48,305 nt of DNA from Deltaproteobacteria bacterium (lineage in GTDB: Bacteria > Myxococcota_A > UBA9160 > SMWR01), in contig JAQBGU010000055.1 in NCBI GenBank assembly GCA_032128375.1, forward strand, positions 1-48,305, written 5' to 3'. Position numbers and translations under genes: made by a program. The notes under the pieces were generated by a model that searched no databases, was not told the DNA's origin, and worked only from the letters and a program-made list of their open reading frames with translations. Of this stretch, positions 19,466 through 29,361 are shown piece by piece. Numbering within the stretch: position 1 is the first letter of the stretch; each line of letters begins with the position of its first letter.

Positions 19466-20662
19466 TCACTCCCGTTCAACTCTGCGGCTTTGTAGCACCC
19501 CGGCTGCGCGATCGCCTGATTCGCGCAATACGCCGATTCGATCGCCGAATACGGCACCGAAGAACAGACGCCCGTCAAAATGCGCGACTGAAGAAGCTGC
19601 GCCGAGCACACGGCCGTCGTGATGCATGTGCTCTCTGACACGGAACGAATCCGGCTCGATTTCGAATAACGACCAGGCGGTCCGGCACGGCCGTCTCCCC
19701 GCCGCGCAGACGACGAACCCGACACCCTGCGTGTGGCTGATCGCGTAAATCGAGCCTTCGGGACTCCACGAGAGATTGTCCGGATGGCCAACGATCGATA
19801 CATCGCGGCGGACCCCGTTCGTGACGCCGCTGATCGACCCCGGACCCGTCTGCGCGAAGTAGACCGCGTCCGCCGATTGGAGCACGCCGTTGGGGCCCGC
19901 CGCCTGGCTGTTGACGACTGTTTCCCAACTCTGCCCGGGAAGCTTCCGCAAGACCTCGCCGGTTTCTCCTCCCAAGCCCGCAACCACGCTGTAAAACGCC
20001 GCTGCAACGGCAGATTGCGCGGGTCGATACCGGGTCGTCAGCAGCGAGCCCTGCTCTGAAATAATGACATCGTTGGCGATGGTTTGAGGCGGCACGCGCA
20101 CGCAACCGAGCCAGTGCGCGCGCAACCGCTCTCCTTGCCTGTGCAATTCGAAGATCTCGATTGCTTCTCGGGATCCATGCGAAACGACCGCCAGCAGTGC
20201 CGTACCATCCCCAACGTCGTGAGCACCGATTCCGTGTGGCGAGAAGTGATTGCTGCCCGGTTGCGTCGTGCAGTCCGAATCGAGCCAGCGAGGACGCTGA
20301 CCGGCCCCGGTCGTGGAGGGGTTCGTGTGATCGGTTGTTGCGTCCGGCCACAGCCGTCTCGGTGCTGGGGGTTCGACCCACAGGTCAATGGCAGAAAGTG
20401 AACCGGGTTCTTCGTCGGAGTGGCTCATCTCGCTGACGATCAACGCGCCTAGTGATACAACTACTTCGACGTCTTCGGGGTTCTGAAAGCCGCAGATCGT
20501 CCCGAGTTCACCAATCGGGGGGGCTGGATTGCAGGGGCCGGTGGTTTCGTCCGCGCATCCGAGCCAGGCGCTGACGACCCCTCCGGCTGCGGTTGTGACC
20601 AGCACTTGAATAACGAGATGACTGAGCTGCAGGCGTGAGCATCGCGATGCGAGCTCTCGCAC
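19466..20662 (-). CDS. SMP-30/paraoxonase-like beta-propeller lactonase, probable lipoprotein
   Basis: NPEDV, FSPHGI, ANDV, GPNGV and HPDNL blade motifs; LGC lipobox-like site. GTG overlaps the ctaA stop (TAGTG). Confidence 0.82.
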   Translation of the reverse strand: MRELASRCSRLQLSHLVIQVLVTTAAGGVVSAWLGCADETTGPCNPAPPIGELGTICGFQNPEDVEVVVSLGALIVSEMSHSDEEPGSLSAIDLWVEPPAPRRLWPDATTDHTNPSTTGAGQRPRWLDSDCTTQPGSNHFSPHGIGAHDVGDGTALLAVVSHGSREAIEIFELHRQGERLRAHWLGCVRVPPQTIANDVIISEQGSLLTTRYRPAQSAVAAAFYSVVAGLGGETGEVLRKLPGQSWETVVNSQAAGPNGVLQSADAVYFAQTGPGSISGVTNGVRRDVSIVGHPDNLSWSPEGSIYAISHTQGVGFVVCAAGRRPCRTAWSLFEIEPDSFRVREHMHHDGRVLGAASSVAHFDGRLFFGAVFGDRIGVLRESGDRAAGVLQSRRVERE

Positions 20663-21633
20663 TAGCGCGTGATCGTCACCGCGCCACGACTCCACGCGGC
20701 GCGCATCGTGAAGCCGGTGGTCAGCACGATCCCGGCGGCCAACGCAGAATGCATACCGGTGACTTCGATCGGAACCCCGGCAAGTACGTTCGCGATGCCG
20801 ACGCTGACCTGGATGAGCCCGATTCCGAGTAGAACGGTCGTGGGTCGGCGCAGACTGGGCTCGCGCCGGCTGACCCACGCGGCGATGGCAAATGAGCCGA
20901 TCAGCAAGTACCCGTTCATTCGGTGCATCAAGTGTAGACCGACGTTGCCCCTCCACGTTGGGAAGTACACGCCGCCATTGCACGTGGGCCACTCCGGGCA
21001 AGACATGGCTGCATATTGAGATGACACCAGGCCGCCGAGTACAAATTGCACCAGCAGTAGCACTGCACTGGCTGTAATCCAGCTTCGCGCGTCGACCGGC
21101 ACCCCCCGCATTGCCGACTTCCCGCCGTGGGGAGTGCGCTCTGAAAGAGGTAGTGCAAGAGAATGCAGCGACAGCGCGATGAGCAGGCATGTCAGCGCGA
21201 AGGCGTTACCCGTGATCAGGTGCGCGGTCACGGTCCACGCGGTGAGTTTGAGCCAAACGGTGAGGGCGCCAAGCAGAATCTGGATTGCGAGCAACCCGGA
21301 TGCCACCCCGATCAGCGGGCGGATCGAGCTTGCGGGACTGGCCTGCCCAAGGGCGGTCATCGCGAGTACGACGAAGAAAACCGCGACGCTTCCGGCTACG
21401 AGCCTGTGTGACCATTCAAAGCCGATTCTCAGGTTCATCTGCGGGACGAAATCGCCGAAGCACAGCGGCCAATCCGGGCAGGCGAGCCCCGCACCGTGGG
21501 CTCGGACCAGTGCTCCGAGCACGATCAACCCGAGCGTGAGCACGACCAGGGAGCCGAACCCCATAGCGAGTCTGCGGGCTCTACGAGCTTCGATCGCCGC
21601 ATCGTCGGATTTGGTGGACACTTTGCTGGGCAT
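20662..21633 (-). CDS. ctaA: Heme A synthase (COX15/CtaA)
   Basis: GLACPDWPLCFG, EWSHR, CPEWPTCNG and HLMHR motifs; multiple TM segments. Start is approximate. Confidence 0.88.
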   Translation of the reverse strand: MPSKVSTKSDDAAIEARRARRLAMGFGSLVVLTLGLIVLGALVRAHGAGLACPDWPLCFGDFVPQMNLRIGFEWSHRLVAGSVAVFFVVLAMTALGQASPASSIRPLIGVASGLLAIQILLGALTVWLKLTAWTVTAHLITGNAFALTCLLIALSLHSLALPLSERTPHGGKSAMRGVPVDARSWITASAVLLLVQFVLGGLVSSQYAAMSCPEWPTCNGGVYFPTWRGNVGLHLMHRMNGYLLIGSFAIAAWVSRREPSLRRPTTVLLGIGLIQVSVGIANVLAGVPIEVTGMHSALAAGIVLTTGFTMRAAWSRGAVTITR

Positions 21634-21968
21634 ACTGTTGGATAGGCTATTTCGACTCAGACGTGCCATTTCGTCCCGCCATTTCGACAAGAAAACGGAA
21701 GTCCATCCCGCAGCGTGTCGACTCTTGCGCATAGGAGACCATGACTCAAGATTCGGTTCATGCGACGCCGCGAAGCGCGTATGGGATGCGGCCGGAGCCG
21801 ACCGTAGCAGTCGCTGTGCACGACGCGCGTCGGCCGGGGATCGGGCCAAGGATCCAATGGACGCCTGGTTGGCCGGCGGCCGGCGATTTGTCGAGGCCTC
21901 GTGCGGGGTTCCGCCGACCGATCGGAGTGCTTCAGATTGAGGTCCGTTTCGTCGATATTTGAGCCATC

Positions 21969-22391
21969 ATGGTAGCCATGCCGCTCACCCCTACGCAGCA
22001 CGACGACCCCCGCAGATTACGCGGCCTTCTCGAGCGAGTGGCGAGCCTCGCTGGCGAGCACCGGCTCACCTCGGTGGTGGTCGGAATGTCGGGCCTCGAA
22101 AGCGATCTGTTGTTTCCTGAAGTCGTAGATTTCGTTGGCAGCGCACTGAGGGTCGAAGACACAATATTTCGAATGACGCGGAATCGCGCGGTCTTCTTCC
22201 TCGCCGATGCGGACGAGATGCAGGCCTCGGAAATCATGCAACGGGTACTCAGCGGTTTCTACGAGCGCTTCGCAACGACCCAAAAGTCTGTCGTCTCGCT
22301 GACCTACTTCGAAGTGACGCCCGAAGCGAAGGATGTGACCGTCAAACAGGTTCTTCCTGCGCTGTTCGCGCCAGCTGCGGAGGGCCACTGA
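21969..22391 (+). CDS. Hypothetical protein, possible degenerate GGDEF-like fold
   Basis: ALRVEDTIFRMTRNRAVFFL resembles the LRxxDxxxR-GGDEF-F segment but lacks the GGDEF motif. Confidence 0.6.
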   Translation: MVAMPLTPTQHDDPRRLRGLLERVASLAGEHRLTSVVVGMSGLESDLLFPEVVDFVGSALRVEDTIFRMTRNRAVFFLADADEMQASEIMQRVLSGFYERFATTQKSVVSLTYFEVTPEAKDVTVKQVLPALFAPAAEGH

Positions 22392-22472
22392 AACACTCGC
22401 CGATGCCGGTGGTTGGTCGTCGTCTGATCCCGTCCGGGCGCAACGGTCCTCGCCCGGACGACTCGGGAAGTC

Positions 22473-23381
22473 CTAGCCGAGCTCTGCCTCGAGCGCCGTT
22501 TCGATCTCGTTGTGGTTGAATTCGAAGCCGAGATCGAGTGCGACCTTTGGGACACAGAGTCGGCTGCCGAGAAGTTCTTTGCTGAGATCGCCGAGTAGCA
22601 GGCGCAGTGCGAACGCCGGGACCGTGAGCCAACAGGGACGCCCAAGCGTCTGCGCGATTGCGGTCGACAATTGGGCGTTGCGGACGGGATTCGGTGCCAC
22701 TGCATTGACCGGGCCCGAAAAGCGATCGTCGCTGAGGATTCGAACGATCAGCTCGATCACGTCATCGATGTGTATCCATGGAACCCACTGCGTACCCGGG
22801 CCGGTGCGGCCACCGAGTCCAGCGCGGAACGGAAGTGCCATCATGGGTAGTGGGCCGGCATTTCTCGCGATCACGATTCCGATCCGAAGCGGCACCACCC
22901 GAACGCCGCTCGACGCCGCGGCCATCGCAGCCGCCTCCCACTGCTCGCACACATTTGCCAGGAAGCCGCTTCCCGCAGCCGCCGATTCGTCGAGCGACTC
23001 CTCACCGCGCGAGCCGTAGAACCCCACCGCAGAAGCGCACACGAGTGTCGCAGGGCGCTGGTTTTCAGGTAGCGATTCGATTGCAGCTACGATCGCAAGG
23101 GTGGATTCGACGCGGCTTTTGAGAATTCGGTCTCGGCGGGTAGCGGTCAGGCGTCCGCCAAATACGGGTTCTCCGGACAAATGAACCATTGCTGTACATT
23201 CGCGAAGCGATTCCCCCGGCAGCCGTATGCCGTCCCAAAGGCAAAACTCAACCGACCCGTCGGGGCTGCGCGGGGATGACCGGCTGACACAGCGTGCGGC
23301 GATGCCATCGCGGATGAACCGAGCGACGAGTCGGCCCCCGATCAGCCCAGTCGCTCCCGAGACGAGGACCCGATCGGTCAC
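22473..23381 (-). CDS. TIGR01777/YfcH-type NAD-dependent epimerase family protein
   Basis: SGATGLIG, ASAVGFYG, FLANVCEQWE, WIHIDD and GPVNAVAPNPV motifs. Confidence 0.9.
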   Translation of the reverse strand: MTDRVLVSGATGLIGGRLVARFIRDGIAARCVSRSSPRSPDGSVEFCLWDGIRLPGESLRECTAMVHLSGEPVFGGRLTATRRDRILKSRVESTLAIVAAIESLPENQRPATLVCASAVGFYGSRGEESLDESAAAGSGFLANVCEQWEAAAMAAASSGVRVVPLRIGIVIARNAGPLPMMALPFRAGLGGRTGPGTQWVPWIHIDDVIELIVRILSDDRFSGPVNAVAPNPVRNAQLSTAIAQTLGRPCWLTVPAFALRLLLGDLSKELLGSRLCVPKVALDLGFEFNHNEIETALEAELG

Positions 23382-23575
23382 GCGTGGAGGGCCGGTGCGA
23401 ATGCTTCGCGCGCGGCGCCGACAATGGGCGGGCCTGCGGTCAACGGTGATATCAAAGCAGCGCTGATTTCTTCGACGAACGCGGCGATCTGTTCACGAGA
23501 ATGCTCGGCGGTTCCGAGGGATCGTGACCCGGTCGGCGAGGTCGTCGGCGAAGATCGCGAGTTCGAAAGGTCCAT
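23378..23575 (-). CDS. Small hypothetical protein (65 aa)
   Basis: AGGGAG RBS before ATG 23575; the stop overlaps the next gene's GTG (GTGA). Confidence 0.45.
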   Translation of the reverse strand: MDLSNSRSSPTTSPTGSRSLGTAEHSREQIAAFVEEISAALISPLTAGPPIVGAAREAFAPALHA

Positions 23576-23635
23576 ACTGTCTCCCTGGAATTGATTGCAC
23601 CCCACCGCCGTAGCGCCCACGCGATCACGCCGGTA

Positions 23636-24402
23636 CTAGCGCGGAGGCATTCGAATGGCACCGTCCAGCCGGATCGTCTCTCCATTGAGCATGGGGTTCT
23701 CGACGATCTGGCATGCGAGTTGTGCATACTCGGTCGGATTTCCGAGTCGCGCCGGAAACGGCACGGTAGCGCCGAGCGCTGTGCGGGCCTCTTCCGGCAG
23801 CCCCATCAACATCGGGGTTTCAAATAGACCGGGTGCGATCGTGCAGCAGCGAATGCCGTGTCGAGCCAGATCCCTGGCGATAGCGTCATTCCCACAACAC
23901 CGCCCTTCGACGCCGAATAGGCGGCCTGGCCGATTTGTCCTTCGAATGCTGCTACCGAGGCAGTATTGACGATTACTCCGCGCTCGCCTTCGCTGTTGGG
24001 GTCGTTATCTGCCATGCGGGATGCCGCGAGCCGGATCGCGTTGAAGGTTCCGATCAGGTTGACTTCGATGGTTTTTGTGAACAGCTGCAGGTCGAATGGA
24101 GCGTTGTTCTTGCCGACCGTCCGAGACGCGCTTCCGATTCCGGCGCAATTCACCAATACGCGTAGGTCGCCGAATGCCTCGCGACCAGCGTCGACCGCGG
24201 CCGTCATCTGCTGCTCGCTGGTGACATCGGCTTCGACGAAGATCGCGCCGCTGCCGATCTCCGCAGCGATTTCGGCTCCGCGAGAACGGGCCAAGTCGGC
24301 GATTGCGACCGACGCACCGCGTTTCGCGAGCGCGCGCGCGGTCGCTTCCCCGAGCCCCGAACCGCCGCCCGTGATGATCGCGCCGATTCCGTTGATTTCC
24401 AT
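23636..24402 (-). pseudogene. 3-hydroxyacyl-CoA dehydrogenase type II (HSD17B10-like SDR), frameshifted near 23882
   Basis: [35 protein letters not shown], then another frame continues [25 protein letters not shown]...[16 protein letters not shown]. Confidence 0.88.
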
Positions 24403-24443
24403 CTTCTGTTGTCTCCCCATGGATCGAAAAGCCAGCATACCGC

Positions 24444-25231
24444 TCAGTCAGATGCGAGCACATCGGCGAGGCGCTCACTCCACGGCCCGGATCTACCGTT
24501 TCCCATGAGCTTGCCGTCGATCGAGGTGATCGGCTTGGCGCCCCGAACCGCGTTGGCCGCGATCAACTCGCTCACGTGCGCAAGCTCACCTAGCGAGATC
24601 GCGCGCTCTACGATTTCCGGAACCCTCTCGAGGCAGACCGCCCGGGCGATTCCGGCAACGGCTCCGCTGTCGATCGGTGGCGTTGCCAGGGTTCCGTCGG
24701 CGAGCACACAGAAGAGATTGCTGCGTGAGCCTTCGACGAGCTCTTGCGCCGCGTTGACGAGAATCGCTTCGTCGACACCGGCGCTCTGGGCGGCCTGGGC
24801 GGCCAGCGCCAGGGACAGCCGATTGGTGACCTTGAGGCCGCTGGCCGGTGACGGACCGGCGTGCGGCGGAGCGATGAGTGTGGCGGTCCACTCAGCAGAG
24901 TCGATGCCGATACTTCGCGGAATTCCGATCAGTCGCAGGCCGGTCGCATCGCGACTGGCCTGGAGCCGGATGATGCCTTCGCCCTTCTCGAAGGCTGCGT
25001 TCGACAATTCTTCGAGCGCAGCGAGCACACGTTCTTCATCCACTCTGCCGAGCCCGAGTTCGCGGGCACCCTCTTGCAGGCGCGCGATGTGGCGGCTTGC
25101 GAAGCGCGGACGACCAGCGGCGATTCGCACCGTCGAATAACAGCCACGCCCTTCGGAATACGCGCTGTCGTCGGGGCGCACGACGGCGGTGTCCGCGGGT
25201 ACGAGGCTGCCGTCGACCCAGAGGACCGCTA
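24444..25231 (-). CDS. Aminotransferase class IV (PabC/IlvE/D-amino acid aminotransferase-like); start unclear
   Basis: HIARL, GLKVTN (PLP Lys), EGSRSNLF and AGIAR motifs. Conserved LWVDG lies upstream of the first GTG (25181). Confidence 0.85.
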
Positions 25232-25312
25232 GATCGGTCGAGCCGGGGACTGGTTGGTCAGGCTCGCCTCTCTGGCCTCTCTCGCCTCGCTCGCGTTCCG
25301 GCCTCGAGGACT

Positions 25313-26602
25313 TCAGCGGTCCTCTATCGGTGTGTACGCGGTCTCAGTCGGGCCAGTGTAGATCTGGCGCGGCCGACCGATCTTGAAGTTAGCCGCGTCC
25401 CCGTGCAGTTCCATCCACTGCGCGATCCAACCCGGCAACCGGCCGATTGCGAACATCGCGGTGAACATGTTCGACGGAATCCCGATCGCGTTGTAGATCA
25501 CGCCCGAGTAGTAGTCGACGTTCGGGTACAGCTTGCGAGAGATGAAGTATTCGTCCGATAGCGCGATTTCCTCGAGCTCGATCGCGATCTCGAGGAGCTT
25601 CGTGTGAGCGCCCAGCTGGTCCAGTACGTCGCGGCACGCACGCTTGATGATTTTCATTCGTGGATCGAAATTCTTGTAGACGCGATGCCCAAAGCCCATC
25701 AGCCGGGCCGTATCGTGCCCAGCCTTGGCCCGTTCCACGAACTCGCGAGCGCTGAGTCCCTGGTCGCGAATGCTCGCAAGCATCTCGATCACTTCCTGAT
25801 TCGCCCCCCCATGGCTCGGACCCCAGAGTGCCTGGATGCCCGACGAGATCGCGCTGAACAGGTTCACCATCGACGACCCGACCAGACGCACTGTGCTGGC
25901 GGAACAATTTTGTTCATGATCCGCGTGCAGGATCAACAGCAGATCGAGCGCCTTCTTGATGACCGGGTCAACCTCGTACTCTTCGCACGGTGTTCCGAAC
26001 AGCATGTACATGAAGTTGCCCACGTATCCGAGGTCGTTTCGCGGGTACATCATCGGTTGGCCGATCGAATGCTTGTATGCATAGGACGCCATCGTGGGGA
26101 GTTTCGCGATCAAGCGATGGACCGAGATCTCGACCTGTCGCGGATCGCGCGGGTCGAGGCAGTCGGGGTAGAACGTCGACAGCGCTCCGACTGCGGCCGA
26201 ACAGGCAGCCATCGGATGGGCATCCTTTGGCAATGCGCCGAAGAAGCGTTTGAAATCTTCGTGCAGCATCGTATGCATGGTGATCGAGTTGGTCAGATTC
26301 GAAAGGTTGTCGGCAGTGGGGAGACTGCCGTAGACCAGCAGGTAGCACGTCTCGAGAAACGTGCTGCGTGCGGCGATTTCTTCGATCGGAATCCCGCGAT
26401 AGCGCAAGATGCCGGTATCGCCGTTGATGAAGGTGATCTTGCTGGTGCAAGACCCGGTATTCGCATAACCGGGATCGAGGGTGATGTACCCCGATTGTCC
26501 GCGGAGCTTGGTGATATCGATCGCGCGTTCGCCCTCCGAACCTACGATGATGGGTAACTCGTACTTCTTGCCGTCGATCCGGAGTTCCGCCATTTCGGCC
26601 AT
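25313..26602 (-). CDS. gltA: Citrate synthase (type II)
   Basis: DPGYANTGSC, LHADHEQNCS, GPSHGGAN, LMGFGHRVYKNFDPR and YPNVDYYSG motifs. Confidence 0.96.
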   Translation of the reverse strand: MAEMAELRIDGKKYELPIIVGSEGERAIDITKLRGQSGYITLDPGYANTGSCTSKITFINGDTGILRYRGIPIEEIAARSTFLETCYLLVYGSLPTADNLSNLTNSITMHTMLHEDFKRFFGALPKDAHPMAACSAAVGALSTFYPDCLDPRDPRQVEISVHRLIAKLPTMASYAYKHSIGQPMMYPRNDLGYVGNFMYMLFGTPCEEYEVDPVIKKALDLLLILHADHEQNCSASTVRLVGSSMVNLFSAISSGIQALWGPSHGGANQEVIEMLASIRDQGLSAREFVERAKAGHDTARLMGFGHRVYKNFDPRMKIIKRACRDVLDQLGAHTKLLEIAIELEEIALSDEYFISRKLYPNVDYYSGVIYNAIGIPSNMFTAMFAIGRLPGWIAQWMELHGDAANFKIGRPRQIYTGPTETAYTPIEDR

Positions 26603-26955
26603 CGGGGCTCCTCTCAAGAGGTCCGTCGAACAGCCCGTCAAAACAGGCAGTCGAAGCGGGCCAGTGTGCGCGCGCAGCCAGATTCACGGGCGCGCTAGGG
26701 AGTCCGCAGGCTAGCGGAAACCGCGTACACCTGACAGATTGGCCGGCCAGTGTTTTCGCGCCTCCGAGAGCCTGAATGCGCGGTTCACGCTCGTCGCCCG
26801 GATCGAATCACTGCGAGGGCAACTTTTCGGTGCACAGTCCGATGGGGCGGCGGCGAATCAGGCTTTTGGGAGCGACCGCTGTTGACACGGTGCAGCATAG
26901 TTCTTGGTCGCGGACAGATCGAAGTAGTACCTTCCGAGCCAATCGGAGACTCATC

Positions 26956-27567
26956 ATGGAAACCAACGACCCGGCCGCCGACCTCAAGGGTTGGCTCGCC
27001 GCAGCGACCGCGAAACCACACGAAATTTCTCAGTTCCTCGATACGCTGAATCATGCGGCACGCGTAAAGGCCATTCGTTCGTTGAATCGCACGGAGCAGC
27101 GCAACCTATACGAAGCGGTCGATGGTTTTCGGCCGCTTGCGTTGTCCGACCTGGTGCCCGCAACGCGCGAAAATTTCGCGACCGTGCGCCATTTCGGAAA
27201 AAACACCCTGCCGCTCTTCAGCCATTTCGAAAAACGATTCTGCCGACCGGTCGATGCAGACCCGGATCGTCCGACTGAACTGCTGGGTTTCAATTTCCAG
27301 ACGATGGCACCTGTTACCGGCCCGGGCTACTTCGTTGCAGTCGACGACGCAGAGCGCGAAGAGGTACTGGTGGACTATCGGCGGGTACCGAAGGGACACC
27401 CCGATGGATGGCCATCGATCAAGCCCAATGAGCGCGGGCTGTCGCGATTCGTGTACGGATTCATGGTGGATACGCTGCGTGGTGTCTCAAAACACGTGAC
27501 GATCGGTTCCGCCGCGCGCAAAGGGAAGGACCTGGGTAGTTGGTTCGTATTGTGCCGGGAAGAGTAG
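26956..27567 (+). CDS. Hypothetical protein
   Basis: GGAG RBS before ATG 26956; globular-looking sequence (GKNTLPLFSHFEKRF, TGPGYFV). Confidence 0.75.
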   Translation: METNDPAADLKGWLAAATAKPHEISQFLDTLNHAARVKAIRSLNRTEQRNLYEAVDGFRPLALSDLVPATRENFATVRHFGKNTLPLFSHFEKRFCRPVDADPDRPTELLGFNFQTMAPVTGPGYFVAVDDAEREEVLVDYRRVPKGHPDGWPSIKPNERGLSRFVYGFMVDTLRGVSKHVTIGSAARKGKDLGSWFVLCREE

Positions 27568-27598
27568 CAGTCAGGCGCGCATTGAAGCTGGCGCCGTA

Positions 27599-28378
27599 GT
27601 GCACGTTCGAGATCTCTTCGATCTGTCGGGCCGGGTCGCGTTAGTGACGGGCGGAGGAAGCGGAATCGGTCACCATATCGCGATCGGATTGGCCGAAGCG
27701 GGTGCCGACGTGTTGGTGGCTTCGCGGAAGCTCGAACGCTGCGAGCAGGCCGTCCGCGAAATCGAAAAGCGCGGCCGCCGCGGCGTCGCCATCGAGACCG
27801 ACCTTGCGAGCAGCGACGCCGTCGAAGAGCTGGCCGAACGTGTGCTTCGCGAAACAGACCGGCTGCACATCCTGGTGAACAATGCGGGTGTGATCTGGGG
27901 TGCGCCGACTCTGGAATTTCCGCTGGAAGCCTGGGATCGGGTTTTCGCAGTCAACGTGCGGGCGTTGTGGATGTTGTCTCAGCGCTTCGCGCGGCATATG
28001 AAGGACGCGGGAGGAGGCGCGATCATCAACATTTCTTCGATCGCAGCGCGTCGCGGTGCCACCGAGTCCGAGGAGCCCGCGATCGCATACTCGGCGAGCA
28101 AGGGCGCGGTGAATTCACTGACGCTCGATCTGGGTGTGAAGCTTGCGCCGTACGGTGTGCGGGTGAACGCGATCGCACCGGGTCTGTTCGATACGTCGAT
28201 GATGGACTATTTGCGCGACGACGATGAGCGACTCGCTAGCTTGCTCGCCCGCGTGCCGATGGGACGCGCGGGCCAGGAGGATGACATCAAGGCAGCGGTA
28301 GTTTTCCTTGCGAGCGATGCGGCGCAGTACGTGACCGCACAGACAATCGACATTGATGGAGGCTGGGGGGCGCGATAG
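27599..28378 (+). CDS. SDR family oxidoreductase (gluconate 5-dehydrogenase-like)
   Basis: TGGGSGIG, VNNAG, YSASK and VNAIAPG motifs. Confidence 0.92.
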   Translation: MHVRDLFDLSGRVALVTGGGSGIGHHIAIGLAEAGADVLVASRKLERCEQAVREIEKRGRRGVAIETDLASSDAVEELAERVLRETDRLHILVNNAGVIWGAPTLEFPLEAWDRVFAVNVRALWMLSQRFARHMKDAGGGAIINISSIAARRGATESEEPAIAYSASKGAVNSLTLDLGVKLAPYGVRVNAIAPGLFDTSMMDYLRDDDERLASLLARVPMGRAGQEDDIKAAVVFLASDAAQYVTAQTIDIDGGWGAR

Positions 28379-28413
28379 AGCGACTTTGCGAAGGCCTCGC
28401 AATTTCCGTTCAA

Positions 28414-28773
28414 TCAGCCTCCGGCGCGCTTGACGGTGTAGCCGCGCTCGCGAAGATCTTCGCACAAGATGTCGCAGTGATCCCCCTGTATCTCGATGAC
28501 ACCGTCCTTGGTGGATCCTCCAGTGCCCAACCGCCGCTTGAGTTCTGCGGCGAGGTCGCGCAGCTCGTCTTGAGATAGCGGCACCCCGGAGATCGTCGTG
28601 ACGGTCTTTCCGCGTCGCCCCTTGACCTCGCGCCGAACCCGGACGACCCCGTCGCCGCGCGGCACGCGCGGGCTCTTGCGGCAGAGACATTTGGCAGATG
28701 GATGGCCGCAATTCGCGCAGACGCGGCCGGACCGGCTCGAGTACACCAGGTCGTCATCTCGGCGTGCAGCCAT
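28414..28773 (-). CDS. yciH: SUI1/eIF1-family protein YciH
   Basis: LVYSS, GRRGKTVTTISG, LKRRLGTGGSTKDGVIEIQGDH and C-terminal AGG motifs. Confidence 0.92.
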   Translation of the reverse strand: MAARRDDDLVYSSRSGRVCANCGHPSAKCLCRKSPRVPRGDGVVRVRREVKGRRGKTVTTISGVPLSQDELRDLAAELKRRLGTGGSTKDGVIEIQGDHCDILCEDLRERGYTVKRAGG

Positions 28774-28776
28774 CGA

Positions 28777-29247
28777 CTAGTCGTCTCCCCGCCGCGTCGC
28801 GGCCTTGCCGGCGGTCGCCGACAGCCTTCGGTGGTCCACCATCAAACAACGGTCCTCGATGACGGCGATACCCGCCTCGCGCAGCCGATCGGCGGATTGT
28901 TCGTGACGAATACCCAGTTGCATCCAGACGATTCTTGGCTGTGACGTCATCGAGAGGATCTCATCGGTGTGAGCCGGGATGTGATCCGCTGCGCGAAACA
29001 GGTTCACGAGATCGACCGGCCCATCCAGATCCAGAAGTGAGCCGAACACAGGCTCTCCCAGAACAGTCGACAGCTTCGGGCTCACAGGGATAATCCGGTA
29101 GCCGTGCGCCTGCATGTAGCGCGGCACGCGAAACGCATCGTCGTGTTCGCCAGCCTTGATTCCAACGACCGCGATCGTCTGGATCGAAGTCAGCAGCAAA
29201 TTGCGCAGTTCGTTGTCGTCCACTTCAGCCCATCTATCACAGCCCAT
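28777..29247 (-). CDS. CoA-binding protein (YccU-like)
   Basis: TIAVVG, GYRIIPVSP, VWMQLGI and DRCLMVDH motifs. The start may be GTG 29223. Confidence 0.88.
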   Translation of the reverse strand: MGCDRWAEVDDNELRNLLLTSIQTIAVVGIKAGEHDDAFRVPRYMQAHGYRIIPVSPKLSTVLGEPVFGSLLDLDGPVDLVNLFRAADHIPAHTDEILSMTSQPRIVWMQLGIRHEQSADRLREAGIAVIEDRCLMVDHRRLSATAGKAATRRGDD

Positions 29248-29361
29248 CCATCACAGCCTTCCCAATTTATTGTCCGATCAGGCGATTCGAAGCGGCTGGC
29301 CCGCTTCGCGTTCGTTCACTCCGCTCGACACCTGACTGGGCGCCCGATAATGTACCCCGCC

